A stretch of DNA of 64,000 bases from Cenococcum geophilum (taxonomy: Eukaryota). Positions 49,956 to 63,459 of the stretch are shown in pieces. Where the stretch lies: contig CP158635.1 in NCBI GenBank assembly GCA_050273025.1, forward strand, positions 26,474,001 to 26,538,000, read 5' to 3'. The notes beneath the pieces are model-generated. The model made no database searches. It was not told the DNA's origin and saw only the letters and a program-made list of their open reading frames with translations. Every line of letters begins with the position of its first letter. The stretch's first letter is position 1. Position numbers and translations under genes: made by a program.

Positions 49956-52900
49956 TATAACGGCGCTAGGGCACCGCCCTATGCGACGTCTATATGCAGC
50001 CTAGTTAGGGGCTCGCTTAGAGACTTAGCTCGTGTATATAGACGTATCCTTTCCTTAACCTTCTTCTGCTCCTTAGCTTAGTATCTTTATAATACAGCAT
50101 TCTATAAGCTTTAGTTTAGAGGCATTTATATAAGCCGTAACATTATACTAAGCTCACCCACCTAGGGGGGACTTTATTTATTTAGAGCTCCCTCTTTACC
50201 TCGCCTAGGAAGGCCTAGATAATCTCCTACCCCCATTCCACGTGTTCTAAGGGGACACGCGTTAAACACCCCTAGCTACGCGTCATCGACGCGTTAAGTC
50301 GCTATTATTAATACTAGGAGCCGGTATTTAAGCAGCTAGAAGGTCTCCTATAGATAAGGACAACTACCTAAAAAGGTAAGAATATCTTACCCCCTTGACC
50401 TTTTTAACTAATACGGAGTTATACAAGCTACAGAAACGACCTTAGTTGAGACTTAGCCTAGTACTGCGGAGAATAATATAGTAATCCTATTACTAAGCCT
50501 AGCACTAATCCCGCAGTGTTGGCTAAGATAAGCTAAGATATAACCCAAGCTGTGCTATTAGGCGGTAGGTATATATTATCCGCGAAGTCCTTTAGTATAC
50601 ATTAGGTTTAGGCCAACAGCCAAAATAAGCTGACTTATAACCCGCGCCGTGCTATTGGGCGGTAGGTATATATTATCCGCGAAGTCCTCTAAAACAAATC
50701 CTACCTATATCCTCTAGCATAGACTACGCTGCGATAACTACCCTAATTGATACTAAGCTGTATAAGGAAAGACGAAATTAATTAGGAAGGACTTGCTAGC
50801 ACTATACTGCTACCCTAAAACCCCAAACCCAATAACCTGTTGCGCCGATATACCTGCGATATAACTCTCTAACTTGTCTATAAACGCCCTTATAGACACC
50901 TATTAAGTTCTTATTAATAACCACCGTACGTAATTAACCCGAACCTTACTATTAACCTAGGTAGTCCTTTAATCTTACGGCCGAATATATCTATATCCTA
51001 TATATAGGGGTACTAGAAACCTAGGGGAGAATTTAAGTAATTTATAGCACTCTTAATTAGGAGAATAGATTAGGAGAATTATTCTAATTTATAGCACTCT
51101 CCAACAGCTCTATAGATAAGCCTATTTATCTCTATAACCTCTTATAAACTATTAACGCGTTTCTCTTAATAGCCTTTTATATAACCTTCTATAAATAAGA
51201 CAGCCTACTATTATAAAAGCATATCTTGCCAATCGTTAATAAGAATTAAAATATTAACACATACGCCTTAGTACATACGCTCTTAATACCATTTATTAAC
51301 TACCCTTAAACTACCTACTACTTAACGGCAGTCCTCCTTAAACGATAATATGCGAATCTGCTTTCTAATAGTATCTCATTAAATTAAACGCTATATAACA
51401 GCTTACCCTCGTATAACTATACTTAAATATTAAAGCGCACTCTTTCTTTAATACCTTTAACCCTTTAATAAGAATCGAAATATCGATATATACCCTTTTA
51501 ATACCTCTTTCAATACCTCTGACAACGATTTAATATACTAAGTTATAATAGCATTCCTATAAGTTCTTAATCGATCCTAAATATCTGCTATTTATAGCGA
51601 TATCCTTAATTAAATCTAAGTATTTAAATACGCCTGTCGACTCTATAGTGTACCTTTAAATAACCGACAACGTCTTAAACTACCTACTAATTAATAGTAG
51701 ACCTCAAGAAACCGACAGACGGATCGTGCCGTTACGCCTACGATCTAAATGCGATTCAAATGCAACCTAAACGCGATTTAAATGCGAACCCAACCGACCG
51801 TTATGCCGATATGCCTGCGACATAAACTATAACTTTAACAACAACCGTATAAGTTCGTTAACGATTAACTACCTCCCTAACCGATTTAATCGTCTTCTTC
51901 TCCACCTATGGTGATCCTTTTTAACTAATACTAAGCTACGCATACTAAGGAACGACTATAGTTAATACTAAGTTATATAAGCTTTACCTTAAGCATTTAT
52001 ATACTCTAATAACGAGGTTAATACTAAGCTGTATAAGCTTTAATAACGAAATTAATTTAAACGAACTAGATAATAATCGCGCTATTACGCCTATAATCTA
52101 AATACAATTTAAACGCAATTTAAATATAAACCAATTAACTAATTATGCCGTTATGCCTGCAATTAATTAACTAATAATAGCGCTAATACACCTACTATCT
52201 ACTATTAGACGCTAGTACCGTACTATTACTAAATAGACAAGAGCTCGTGCTAATACGTATATGAGCTATATTTCTTTTTTCTATGGCTTAGGGCACGCCA
52301 TATTAAAGGAGGGGGTAGTAAAGCTAAGGAGGTACTAGAGTTCTAAGAGGAATAATAACTACGGAGGGCTTCTAGCGATATACACCCCTCGCAGTAGCAG
52401 GATGGCTGCATGCCCTACGCCAACCTAATAACGACTATGCCTCTACGCCTATAGTCTAACGACCGAACAATCGCGCTAATACGCCCGTGATCTATAAACG
52501 AGATAATTATGCCGATATAACTGCTATCATATACTACTACGACAACAATCGCGCCGTTACGCCTGCAATCTATTAACTAACAATTATGCTACTATGCCTA
52601 TAATCTATTAACCAGCTAATAGACCAAGCTCCAAATATTTAACCAACTATTACCACTTAACGCTTATACCGTACTACTATTATAATAAACCACCTACTGC
52701 TCTACCTATAGTAACCTAATTAACCTTCTACTACTCTGCCCGTAGTATTACTATTAACACCTACTACTCCGCCTACAGCTAACTAACACCTTACTACCTT
52801 ACTTGCAGCACCACGATTAACTCTAGCTGCTCTACCTACAGCTAATACTAATTTAACCTCCGCTGCTCCGCCTACGGCGAACCATCTTCTACTGCCTTGC

Positions 52901-54632
52901 TTGCAGCACTATAATAGACTATTACTACTCTACCTGTAGTCTACAACCGACTTCTACTGCCCTGCCTGTAGTAACAACTATATATAAGGGAGAGCTTTGC
53001 CCCTTAAAATATAACCCCGCCACTAGCACCATACTACTACCTAAATTAATAAGCTTCGCGCTGATACGCCTGTGGAACTACAACCTATTAATAGATAAGC
53101 TCTATGCTCGACCTACTATTACCACCTAACGCTGGCACCGCACTACTATAAGAACCGACACCTTGCTGCTCTGCCTGCAGCTAACTAATTAAATAATTAC
53201 GCTAATACGCCTGCGATCCAAATGCAATTTAAATGCAACCTAAATATAATTTAAATATATACCCAACCGACTAATCGTGCTAATATACCTATGATCCACT
53301 AGCCAACTAATAGATTAAGCTCCAAATATTCGACCTACTATTACTACCTAACACTGGTACCGTACTACTACCCAACCAGACAATACCTTGCTGCTCTACC
53401 TGTAGCTAACTAACTAGATAACGATAGCGCCGATACGCCTGCTATTACGACCTAATAATAACTGTACTACTACGCCTATAGTCTAACCGACAGACCGATC
53501 GTGCCGTTACGCCTATAATCCGCCTGCGACCTAAATGTAATTCGAATAATACCCGAACGTAATTTAAATGCAAACCTAACCAAATAATAGTGCTAATATG
53601 CCTGCTATTATAATAGACCCTTGCTGCTCTACCTACAGCTAACCAACCCTCGCTGCTTTATTAGTAGCTAGCTAACCCTTACTGCTCTGCCTACAGCCGA
53701 CCAACTTTTGCTGCTCCGCCTGCGGTAACACCTGTATATAAGGTAGAGCTTTACTCCCTGAAATACGGCCCGTCGCTGGCACCGTACTGCTACAATCCCA
53801 ATAAGTCACCGCGCCGATATGCCTGCGAACTACTACCGATAAGACACTATGCTGATATACTTGTGGAACTATACCCTAATAACCCGTCGCGCTAATACGC
53901 CTACAACCCAAATATAACTAGGTAGAGCTTTGCTCCCTAGAATATAACCCCGTTACTAGCATTATACTACCACCCGAATAACCTGTTACTAGCACTATAC
54001 TGCTACCAAACGGATAAGAACTTATGCCGATATACATGCGAGTAACTCCCTAACCCTCCCACCCTTATTAAACCTTTACGCCTACTTTTCTAAGAGGGGG
54101 ACTAGGGGGGCTTTTTTTTATGGCTTAGGGCGCGCTATAATAAAAGGGGGGAGAGTATAGCTAGGAGGTACCGGAGTTCTAGGAGAAGGGAGGAGGAACG
54201 ATAACTAATAGAGGGCTCCTAGCAATAGACCCCTCGCTACAGTAGGAGCTGCAGGACGGCTGCCTGCCCTACATTAACTAGGTATAGTAATATACCTCGC
54301 AGCAGCAGGAGCTGCAGGACTGCTGTAAGTCTTATGTTAACTAGCATCGCGATTAAGCGCCAGATGCAAGATTTTTTTTCTTTTCTCTTTCTTCTCTACG
54401 AGGGGCTAAAGCCTAAGGGCAGGCTTTTTTGGAAGAGGGGGGTGATGTAACGGCGCTGGGGCACCGCCCCATGCGACGTCTATATGCAGCCTAGTTAGGG
54501 GCTCGCTTAGAGACTTAGCTCGTGTATATAGACGTATCCTTTCCTCGACCTTCTTCTGCTCCTTAGCTTAGTATCTTTATAATACAGCATTCTACAAGCT
54601 TCGGTTTAGAGGCATTTATACGAGCCGTAACA
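49956..54632 (+). mobile_element. Non-autonomous LTR element G (LARD-like); 4.3-kb interior of short dispersed repeats, no gag/pol recognised
   Basis: 187-bp LTRs 49956-50142 and 54446-54632, TSD TAATT/CAATT (one RIP change), PPT ggaagagggggg; more than 20 copies of a gcgccgatacgcctgcgat-like motif inside. Confidence 0.92.
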
Positions 54633-56782
54633 CAATTCATGCTCAAATTAAAGCCTTGGTGGTGGCTCCTCCTCCTTACTTTCCGTCATTAAATCTTTAG
54701 GTATTGGCTTAAATACTTACGAAGGAAGTATAGGGGGTCTCCGCGATCGACGCGGGGTTTGTATATAGTGGCCAATATTATCTAGATTAAGCTCTAAGTG
54801 GAGGTACAGTAACTAATAATATTATTGCTAACTTAAAGGACGATAGGAACCTATATTTAAAAGCTACGTAAGACGCAGCAGCTACGGAGGAGCCCTTATT
54901 GTATTATAATCCTGCGATTAATAAAAGCGTTAAACCTTCTTATAATCTGCCTCCTTTGCTACCTTAAAATCATTTAATATTTCCTTAAGCTCGCCGTTAG
55001 CAAAAGCAGCTACCTACTATAATGGAGGCAACCTATTAAACGCTATTAGTAGAGAGAAGTTAAGCTACGTGCTAATCTGGCTACTAAATGCGGGCGGCAG
55101 AGTTACGACCGTACTTATACTTAAGCTCTGCGTTAAGATAGGTGGTTAAGGAATAGATAAGGACAGTATTGGTAATAGTTAAGGCCTTTAATAGGGTGGA
55201 TAAGAAGGACTTCTAACGGCGGCAGCGGCAGTACGTTTAGAGCTCATATTGATAAAAGGAAGGCTCTATTACACTAAGATCTAGAGCAGATATTACAATA
55301 TTGGTAAGGAAGAGAAGTTGCGAATAGCTTCAAATGCAAGGAGGCAACGTCTCCCCCCCCCCTAGCGGCCACTACATCTAATTCTGCTAGCTCTACATAC
55401 TAACTTAGGCGAAGCTTAAGCGAAATTAGATGCCATGTAGCCGTACGTAGTACCTGTAGCGAATGGCTATAGCCACACGCAAGGACCTTTTTGGTTGCCC
55501 TGGAGAAACGCCTTAGTTGGCTAGGGGAATTAAATTGAAGACGTACGCTTCCTCTTCTCCCCCTTCTCCCCCGTAACTACGCCTCCCTTGTGGCCGCCAA
55601 AACGCGAATACAACGCTGTCTCTGCAGAGAGGTCGATGAAATTTGGCAATATTATACGGGCGGAAACCTCACGATATCTGAAGATCATGACACTGCACAG
55701 CTAAGCATATAGCTTCGCTACAATTACTATGTACAGCTAGCGGCAATTAAGCGAGATTGGATGCGCGTAGCGAATTTGAAATCTCGCAGCGCTCGCTAAA
55801 GGGGGGTGGTGAAGCTGGTTATGAACATCACTGTAGAGCTAAAATGGCCTATGTTTTTGGCTGTACCAATATATATAGACGCACCTATATCCGCGATACG
55901 TATAGAACTTAGTAAATCCCTTCCTCTCTAAAGAAGAGATAATTAACTACCTATCTTTTATTTATAAAGACCCCTTTAAGGTATAAAATGCCTACCTTAA
56001 TTATAAAAGCCTAAATATAAAAATAACGGAGACCTTTTTAGCCTTTTAGACCCGCTTTCTATACCTAGCTAGCTAAGCTTAAATTTCCTAAAAAGATCTA
56101 ATACTAGACCTATTTAATAAGCTTATCGCGAGCTATACTACTGGTTTTTACTACTATATAGACACTAAAGGAACTTATAGACTAGTGCTTAACTATTAAC
56201 TAAGGCCTTCGTTAAATTAAGGTATAAGTTAAACGGTATAAAGCCCGAAACTCTCTAAACTAAATTACTATAAAAACGGCCTATAGTGCCCTAGTATAAT
56301 TAGCAACTCCTATAGCACTAGCTATATAGCCCACCATTAATTTAGTAGCTAGCTATATAGCTAGTCCTACTACAGGTTTAGTGTATACTTAGCCTATATA
56401 TAGCGACCCCTAAAGAGAGGCCCTTAGCGATTAAGGAGCTTGCTTCTTATATAATTAGAAAGGCTATTATATAAAGAACTGCCTAATAAATATAAAAACG
56501 GATAAGGTCCTATTAATCTAGGGGGATAGCGCGGAGTTAGAAAAAGAGGAACCCTAGAGGAGGACTCCTCTTTAGGGTTAAAAGGGATTAATATATTATA
56601 TATTAATCTAGGTCGGCTAGTTAGTAGAAGAAGCTATACTATCCCTTATACTTTATTCCGTAATAAATATTAAGTTTTAACCTTTACTTTAGCTAATTTT
56701 AGAGTAAATACCTTTACCTTAATAGATACCTATTATACCGTAAAGCTAGCTAACTTTTTAAATATACCTATTAAAGAACTAC

Positions 56783-57040
56783 TATAAGGGTACTTTTAGT
56801 CCCTTACTTAGCTACATCCCGGGAGCTCTTAGGGGCTACTAAGGCTAGCCTTCGGCTAGGCCTTGGTCACCCCTTATAAGCTCCTTAGGCTTGCAGCCTC
56901 CTTCCTCCCCTATTAGTTCGTCTCCGTATAAGGCTATTGCCTACCCTTATTACCATATCGTCCTCTTTTATCAACTCCCTATATAACTCATGCTTGGCTT
57001 ACCTACTCCCTACCGTATACCCTAGCAATACTGCCTTACA
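56783..57040. mobile_element. Solo LTR (258 bp) in the D protease region
   Basis: TSD ACTAC on both sides; same family as 39353-39891 but more RIP-mutated. Confidence 0.92.
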
Positions 57041-58703
57041 ACTACCTAAACTAATTCTTATTTATGGGTATAACGGACGAATAGGGCTACCTATTATAAC
57101 TATCTTGCGGATTTATCTCCGTGTTAACAGACAAAGGTAGTATAATATCCCCTTCCTTATTACGGACCTAGGAAGCTATAATATAATTTTAAAAAGACAA
57201 TAGCTAGCCTATTTAGGCTTATAGCTTAATATATAAAGTAGGCGGCTTATTTAGCCTAAAACCTTACCCCTAACCCCTTCTTTTATAAAAGAAATTAGCA
57301 TTATAATAGAAAACCTTATACGGCCCTAGATTAATACTATTTACTAGGTAAATGCTATACGTAGAGATAAGGCCTTTAAAAAAGATATATAGCTTAACCC
57401 GTAATAGATCTATATACTATACCGCCCCTAAACTAGCTATATTACGCCACCTATATAAAAAGACCTAGAAAGCTAGTAGTAACTTAGCTAAGTTAACTAT
57501 AGAGGATTTAGGCCCTATGTAGCTATAAAGGAAAGCTAGGAATATTAGATGCTATACTAAACTAATAAATAAAAAAGATAACTTATAGAAAATGGAATAT
57601 AAGCTAAAGAAGACTATAAACTTTATACTATAAATTATAACCTAATAGATACCCATAAAGAAACTAGCGGACCTCCTACTAGTTAATATCTGCTATATTA
57701 GTGCCGTAGGATTCTACTAGAACTTGGTTTAGCCTAATACTATTACCTTTATAACTAGCTTATATAAAATTAATTAAATAATTAAGGAAAAGAAAAGTAA
57801 GCTTAGTAGATAAGAAAGCGAGCTTATAGATAAGGAACTAGTAGAATAAAAGCTGCCCTATTAATACTAGAAATTTAAGAATATATTCTCTAAAGTAGCG
57901 TCCAATATACTTCTACTTTACTAACTATATAACTATAAGATTGAGATTAAGTAGGGCAAGAAAAATATACTTAGCTTTAGCCCCCTCTATAAGCAGTCTA
58001 TTGCCGAATTATAGGCTATAAAGTAATATCTTATTAATAACTTAAATAAGGGCTTTATTAAGCCTAGCTAAGCCCCTTTTACCTTACCTATTCTCTTTAT
58101 TAAAAAGCTAAATAAAGGACTCCGCTTTTATATTAACTACTATAAGCTAAATAATATAACCCATAAGGACCGCTATTTATTACCCCTACTTAATAAGACT
58201 TTAGCCTAAATAAGTAGAGCTAAGGTTTTTATAAAGCTTAATATCTACTAGGCCTTCTACTAAATTAAAATAAACCCTAAATTTAAGGATCTTATTATAT
58301 TTTAGACCTATTATAGAATATATAAATATAAGGTATTTCCTTTTAGACTAACTAACGAACTAGCTATATACTAGCGGTATATAAATAATATACTTTTTAA
58401 CTACCTTAACGACTTCTATACGGCATATTTAAATAATATTATAATTTACTTTAAGAATAAGCTAGAATATAAGGAGTATATCTATAAAGTTCTATAACAG
58501 CTCCGCGAGGCTAGCCTCTAGATTAATATTAAGGAGTTAAAGTTTAGTGTTAAGCGTATAAAGTACCTAGGTTTTATTATTAGTATAAACGGAATTAAAG
58601 CTAACCTAAAGAAAACGGCCGTAATTAACTAGTGGGTACCCCTATAGACCATAAAGGGGTATACTTATTTTTAGGTTTTTATAACTTCTATTAACGCTTT
58701 ATT

Positions 58704-61689
58704 TAAGGAACACTAAAAGCGAAATCTAACCCATACTGTCCTATAGGGGTTCCTTTCCATCTCACTTTGTCCGCACGGTTAAGCTAAGAGTAAGGATCTC
58801 GTCTGTTACTAATGCAGCGGCGTTATATTATAGCTAGAGGGCGCTTTCAAATGCGTTGTCCTTAACGCCGTTAAAACAGCAGAGTTTTCGCGGGTCTTAA
58901 CGTGCTAAGACTTAAAAAACACCACAGAAGAACAGAGGAATAGTTTTAAGAACTACCTAATATCTCTCTACCTAGACAACTAATCTAGGGCCACAAGCTA
59001 GCGCCTATATTTGCTAGCAAAAGCGATAGGTCTAAGGGGATAATAGGGTACCTTTATACTTATTCCGCTCTAAGACTAGGGGAAAACAGCGAGGATATAG
59101 GAAGAATCTTAACACCGTTAACTATATTTAGCGACGTTAATCCTCCCTTTCTATATAGCGGCGTTAACCTATCTCTAGGCGGCGACATTAATCTAAAACG
59201 GACTAAGAAAGAGCTAGGATAAACCTATATAGGTAGGCTAGAACGGACTTAGATATAGGTATTAGTTAAGATAAAAGGATAATAAGTTTGGTTAGTAGGC
59301 GGCTAAGGGATAATAGCTACGCGGCGTTAAGTTATTATAGGCCTACGCCTATAAGATACGGTCGGCCTATTGTTATAAGAGCGTTATAGGTAATATAAAG
59401 TAGCCGGTAACGGTTATAGGGCGTAGTATATAATGGTAGCGATGGATAACTCTAGGAACCTTACCCCTTTACTAGGCTCTAACTCCTAGTGGACCTATTT
59501 TAGAGGAAGGATTAACACCTTGTTAATAACACTATCTATATAGCCTAAAAGGACAGATATATATATTAGTCTATCTAGGTAGGGGTAAGCTATAAGAATA
59601 GGCTTATGGAGTAAATTAGGTGCATATAGGCAGTAGCTAGTTTTAGCTGGCTAGCTGCTATAGAAGCGGATAGGCGTTTAGGGGGCGTCTAAAGTAGAAA
59701 ACTATAGTAGAGGGCCCTAGTAGGAGGGCCTCCGCAACTCTACTTTGTATATAACTTTTATAGCTTTATAATATAAATATATCCTAGGCTTTATAGAAGG
59801 CCCAGTTAGTAACCTACGTATATTAGGGGTATAAGTTAACTTAAAGCTTAAATAGGGACCGTACGTCAACATTATTAAGATAAAGGCGATTACCTAAATA
59901 GCCGCACTAACCTGGCTCACGGCCTCTATATAGGGCGCCTCCTTTTAAAAGGCGCGGATAATATACTTCGCCGTAGTCCGGCTGGTAATCTTATACAGAT
60001 ATAGTATCTAGTACTTACTACCGGAGTAAATAAAGCCTAAAGAGATAAGCAAAACTAAGCTATGCTAGCTAGGCGTAGTATAGAACCTATACCTCCGCAC
60101 TATTATAGGGGCGTATAAATTAACGCTAATACTAGTACTGGAGTATAAGATGGGGTTTCCGCCGCTTTAGATATACCTTAAAGAGCTAGCTATAGCCTAC
60201 GCGGAGAGAATGCGGGAAGGACTAATAAGAGAGCATATTAAGAGGGAATGCAATACTATACGGGCCATAATAGCCCACTAACTCCGGCCTAGAATAAAGC
60301 TACTAATACGGCCCACTAGACGGGATAAGCTTAAGAGGATAGCGGCTACTATTTTAGGGATAGATATATGGCTAATAGACTTATCTAAAGTGTAGTATAA
60401 GAGAAGTAAAAGGGCTAGGGTATAAGAGGCGTTTAAGAAGCGGTGGAAAAGAGAATAGGAAAAGTATTAGAGCACGCTTACCTACTATATAACGGCCTAG
60501 GCCAAGCTATAGAATAAGAAAGTCTTTAAACGCTACGCGAGGCTTATAAAGGTAGAGAGTATAATTAATATACTGCTTAGAACCAAGCATATAGGGCTTA
60601 ATAAATACCTCTACTACTGAAAAGTACTAGGGCACCTAACCCCGGCCTGCCTATGCGCCCATAGCTAACAATTAACGATATACATAGTGGTGTTCTACCC
60701 TAGACACGCTGCTAGCCGGGCGGAAATGTATTACTATACTAGAATATCTTTATATAAAGAGCTTCTAACTAAGCTAAAGGCTACTAAGGTAGTTATAGAC
60801 TAGTTTATACAGATAAACCTCTTACTATACCTTTTATTTGCTAGAGAGCTGGCTAGGGTAAAGAAAAGAGGCTAGGAAGTGCTTTAAGAGGCGGAGGATA
60901 AATACTATAGGGATAGTAGAATATAGTAGAATTTTATAGATGGTAACCTAGTAGAAGTTAGCAGAACTTTAGCAACCTAGCAGAATTTAGCAGAACTTAT
61001 TAACCTAGCAGAATTTAGTAGAATTTAGCAACCTAATAGAAGTTAGTAGAATTTTAGTAACCTAATAGAATTTAGTAGAGTTTTAGCAACCTAATAGAAT
61101 TTAGCAGAGTTTTGGCAACCTAATAGAATTTAGTAGAATTTTAGCAACTTAGCAGAATCTAATAACCTAATAGAAGTTAACAGAACTTTAGCAACCTGGT
61201 AGAATTTAATAGAATTTAGTAACCTAGTAGAATTTGGCAAAGGTTAATATCCTAACAGAATTTAATAAAACTTAGCAAGGTATAGAGCTACATATATTAA
61301 CGCAGATGCAAATAACGGAACCTTCTACACTACTACTAGCCTTATAGGCCACCGGCCTACGCCCTACCTAAATAACCGGAGCAGCTAGGAACGAAACCTA
61401 GGCCCTAGCTATACACCCTACCAGACAAACCCAGGAGTACGTATTAAGATAGCTTTTCTATAGCGCCTTAAAGAGACGTCTACTTATACTTAGTAGTTAT
61501 TAATTAGAAGAGAGGCTATATAGGCCGCATAACAAGCCATATAGGCCATATAATAAGAGAAGAAGAGGTTTTATCTGGCCCCAGCGGTACGGTTCCCCTC
61601 TTATATATATATATATATATACCCATATAGACCCGCTATATAGACCCTAACGGGAGCCGTAACAGCGTAATTGAATATCATAATATAAC
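58704..61689 (+). mobile_element. Tad1-like LINE derivative, internally deleted or bipartite
   Basis: 14-bp TSD ATTAACGCTTTATT (58690-58703, 61690-61703). ORF2 C-terminal region ~59800-60900 (*GPYVN…LTASI*GAS…IYFAVVRL = WGPHVN…ASTWGAS…YSAVVRP) with CxC..H..C knuckle ~60645-60700; long 3' UTR with tandem repeats. Confidence 0.88.
60920..61278 (+). repeat. Degenerate 9-10-bp tandem array (tagcagaatt/tagcaacc) in the LINE 3' UTR
   Basis: Directly visible periodicity. Confidence 0.9.
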
Positions 61690-62749
61690 ATTAACGCTTT
61701 ATTAAAAACTATAGTAGGATTGCCTAGCCTCTTAACCATTTTACTAAAAAAGACTAGTCCTTTTACTTTAACGCTATATATAGGCAGGCCTTTAATAAGC
61801 TTAAAAAACAGCTATTATAGGCTCCCCTACTTGCCTATTTTAACCTAAAACGGCCCCTAATACTAGAAACTAATACCTTAGATAGCGTAATAGCTAGTAT
61901 TTTTCCTAAAAGCAACTAAATAGAGAATAGCACCCTATTATATACTATTTAAAGACTATAATAAATACTAAGCTAAACTACCACATCTATAATAAAGAAA
62001 TACTAGCTATTATCTCTAGCTTTTAGCACTAGCGTATATAGCTAGAGGGGACCCCTAAGCCTATTAAGGTAGTTTTAGATTATAAGGCCCTTATAGCCTG
62101 GTAGGTATAATAGGCGGATATTTTATCTTAGTTTAACTTCTTAATTATATATAGACTAGACGCTATAAACTAAGCGGACGCTTTTATAAGGCGCGAATAA
62201 GACCTAGATAACTATAATAGCGCTATTATACATTACCTACCAAATTCTGCTAATTTATAATTGGCTCGCCTAAAGCTAGCGCCTTGGCGGCTTACCCTAT
62301 ATATTTGTTTATATTAGTCCTAGTAACCCCTTTTCCTTCTCCTTAGTTTAGTATCTTTATAATATAGTATTCGTTTAAGCTTCGGTTTAAAGGCATTTAT
62401 TTAAGCCGTAATATTATACTCAACTTACCCTACCCTGCCTAGGAAGGCCTTAATAATATCCCACCCTAAAAAAAACTTTATTTGCAACGACGCATTAACA
62501 CACTATACTTAGATACTAAAATAACTCTATATTGCCTGGGAACATTAGGATTTTTTTTTATAGCAGGTTGTTACGGTTTGCCGCAAATTGCCACAAACTA
62601 TACAATCGCGGCGGTCGTATATGGTCGTTAGCGATTTATACAAACCGCGCATTTTGTAATAAGTTTGTAGCATCTACTAGTAAATCGCAGCAAAATACTT
62701 AACTACTAAACTAATGCTAGCATTTTGCTACCTTATAATTATATAGCGC

Positions 62750-62900
62750 GCAAACTATATAAACTATACGAACTATATAAACTGTATAAACTGTATAAAC
62801 TATACAAACTGTACAAACTATATAAACTGTACGAACTATACAAACTGTACGAACTATATAAACTGTACGAACTATACAAACTGTACGAACTATACAAATT
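62750..62900 (+). repeat. 9/18-bp tandem repeat (aaactgtac/gaactatac)
   Basis: Directly visible. Confidence 0.92.
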
Positions 62901-63104
62901 ATAATAACTATATAAATTGTAACTAAATTATTATATATTACCACAGATTGCTATAATATACTTTTAAATATATTTATATTATAACTATATAAAATACAAA
63001 GCTATCTACTTAGGAGGGGGAAGCCTTTCGCAAAAGCTCTAAATTGTTAATTAGCGGTGTTCCTAATAATCCACTAGCCGTATACTAATTTCCTAACTAG
63101 GCCT

Positions 63105-63355
63105 AGTGCCTACCTGCTTACCTACCTGCCTGCCTATCTATCTATCTGTCTATCTATTTATCTATTTATATATCTACCTACCTACCTATCTGTCTATCTA
63201 TCTATCTATACCTACCTATACCTACCTGCCTATGCCTACTATCTATGCCTACTATCTATGCCTACCTGTCTGTGCCTACTGTCTGTGTGTGCCTATCGTC
63301 TATGCCTACCGTCTGTGCCTTCTGTCTGTGCTACTATCTATGCCTACCTATCTGT
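63105..63355 (+). repeat. Compound tetranucleotide-like repeat (ccta/tcta/tgcc/tctg)
   Basis: Directly visible. Confidence 0.9.
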
Positions 63356-63459
63356 AATTTGGGGGAAAGGTTGGCCCGATTGAAGGCTCCGCCTAATTCG
63401 ATTAATTGTATTAATTCGAATCGTTCTCTACGGCCGTTCGCTGGCTATACATTCAAACG

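Larger units (their letters stand above)
41600..55247 (-). pseudogene. Accessory ORF2 of E3. Pieces 55247-54633, 49955-48822, 41893-~41600
   Basis: Starts MSSKRTAAAAV; contains K(Y=C)KKRCLGSS*C*IYY..YKLMQEDLKEWARAIKDSLAT; frame continues across the F insertion site (…LRIIRE*KL|NKEGKTLV…). Confidence 0.6.
40277..55456 (+). mobile_element. IS630/Tc1-like DNA transposon E3 with ~105-bp subterminal inverted repeats and a second convergent ORF; hosts F and G
   Basis: TA|CAGG...CCTG|TA ends; IR 40326-40435 vs 55323-55436; transposase 40512-41540 with LVFIDESG, IDNISFH (=MDNASFH), YSPNLNLIKEFF (=YSPDLNPIEEFF). Confidence 0.88.
40198..55833 (+). mobile_element. Non-autonomous Tc1-like element E2 (~455 bp of own sequence: 40198-40276 plus 55457-55833), related to E1, hosting E3
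   Basis: TIRs (c/t)agtgatgtt...gaccagcttcacc at both ends, TA TSD in D gag; 55457-55690 aligns by eye with the E1 left end. Confidence 0.85.
32601..62212 (+). mobile_element. Ty3/Gypsy LTR retrotransposon D, host of the right-hand nest. Pieces: 32601-32996, 33345-33735, 36262-36428, 55834-56782, 57041-58703, 61690-62212; continues beyond element I
   Basis: 5' LTR 32601-32837. Gag reads through the insertion sites (…LT|IVLKAL…, …FSTT|RAKMAYVFG…); RT YLNNII ~58426; RNase H 61700-62200. Confidence 0.85.

Noticed and set aside
50812..50832. Telomere-like ccctaa/cccaaa run
   Set aside because: Too short and degenerate, and internal to element G.
50800..54050. CRISPR-like reading of the repeat/linker pattern in element G
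   Set aside because: Eukaryotic LTR context, several intermixed degenerate motifs, irregular spacing, repeated linkers and no cas genes.
58706..58800. Possible HDV-like or hammerhead ribozyme at the LINE 5' end (ggaacac...ggttcc; ctcact...gctaagagtaag)
   Set aside because: Only partial pairing; I could not build the full nested pseudoknot or a CUGANGA/GAAA core. A covariance-model search would be needed.
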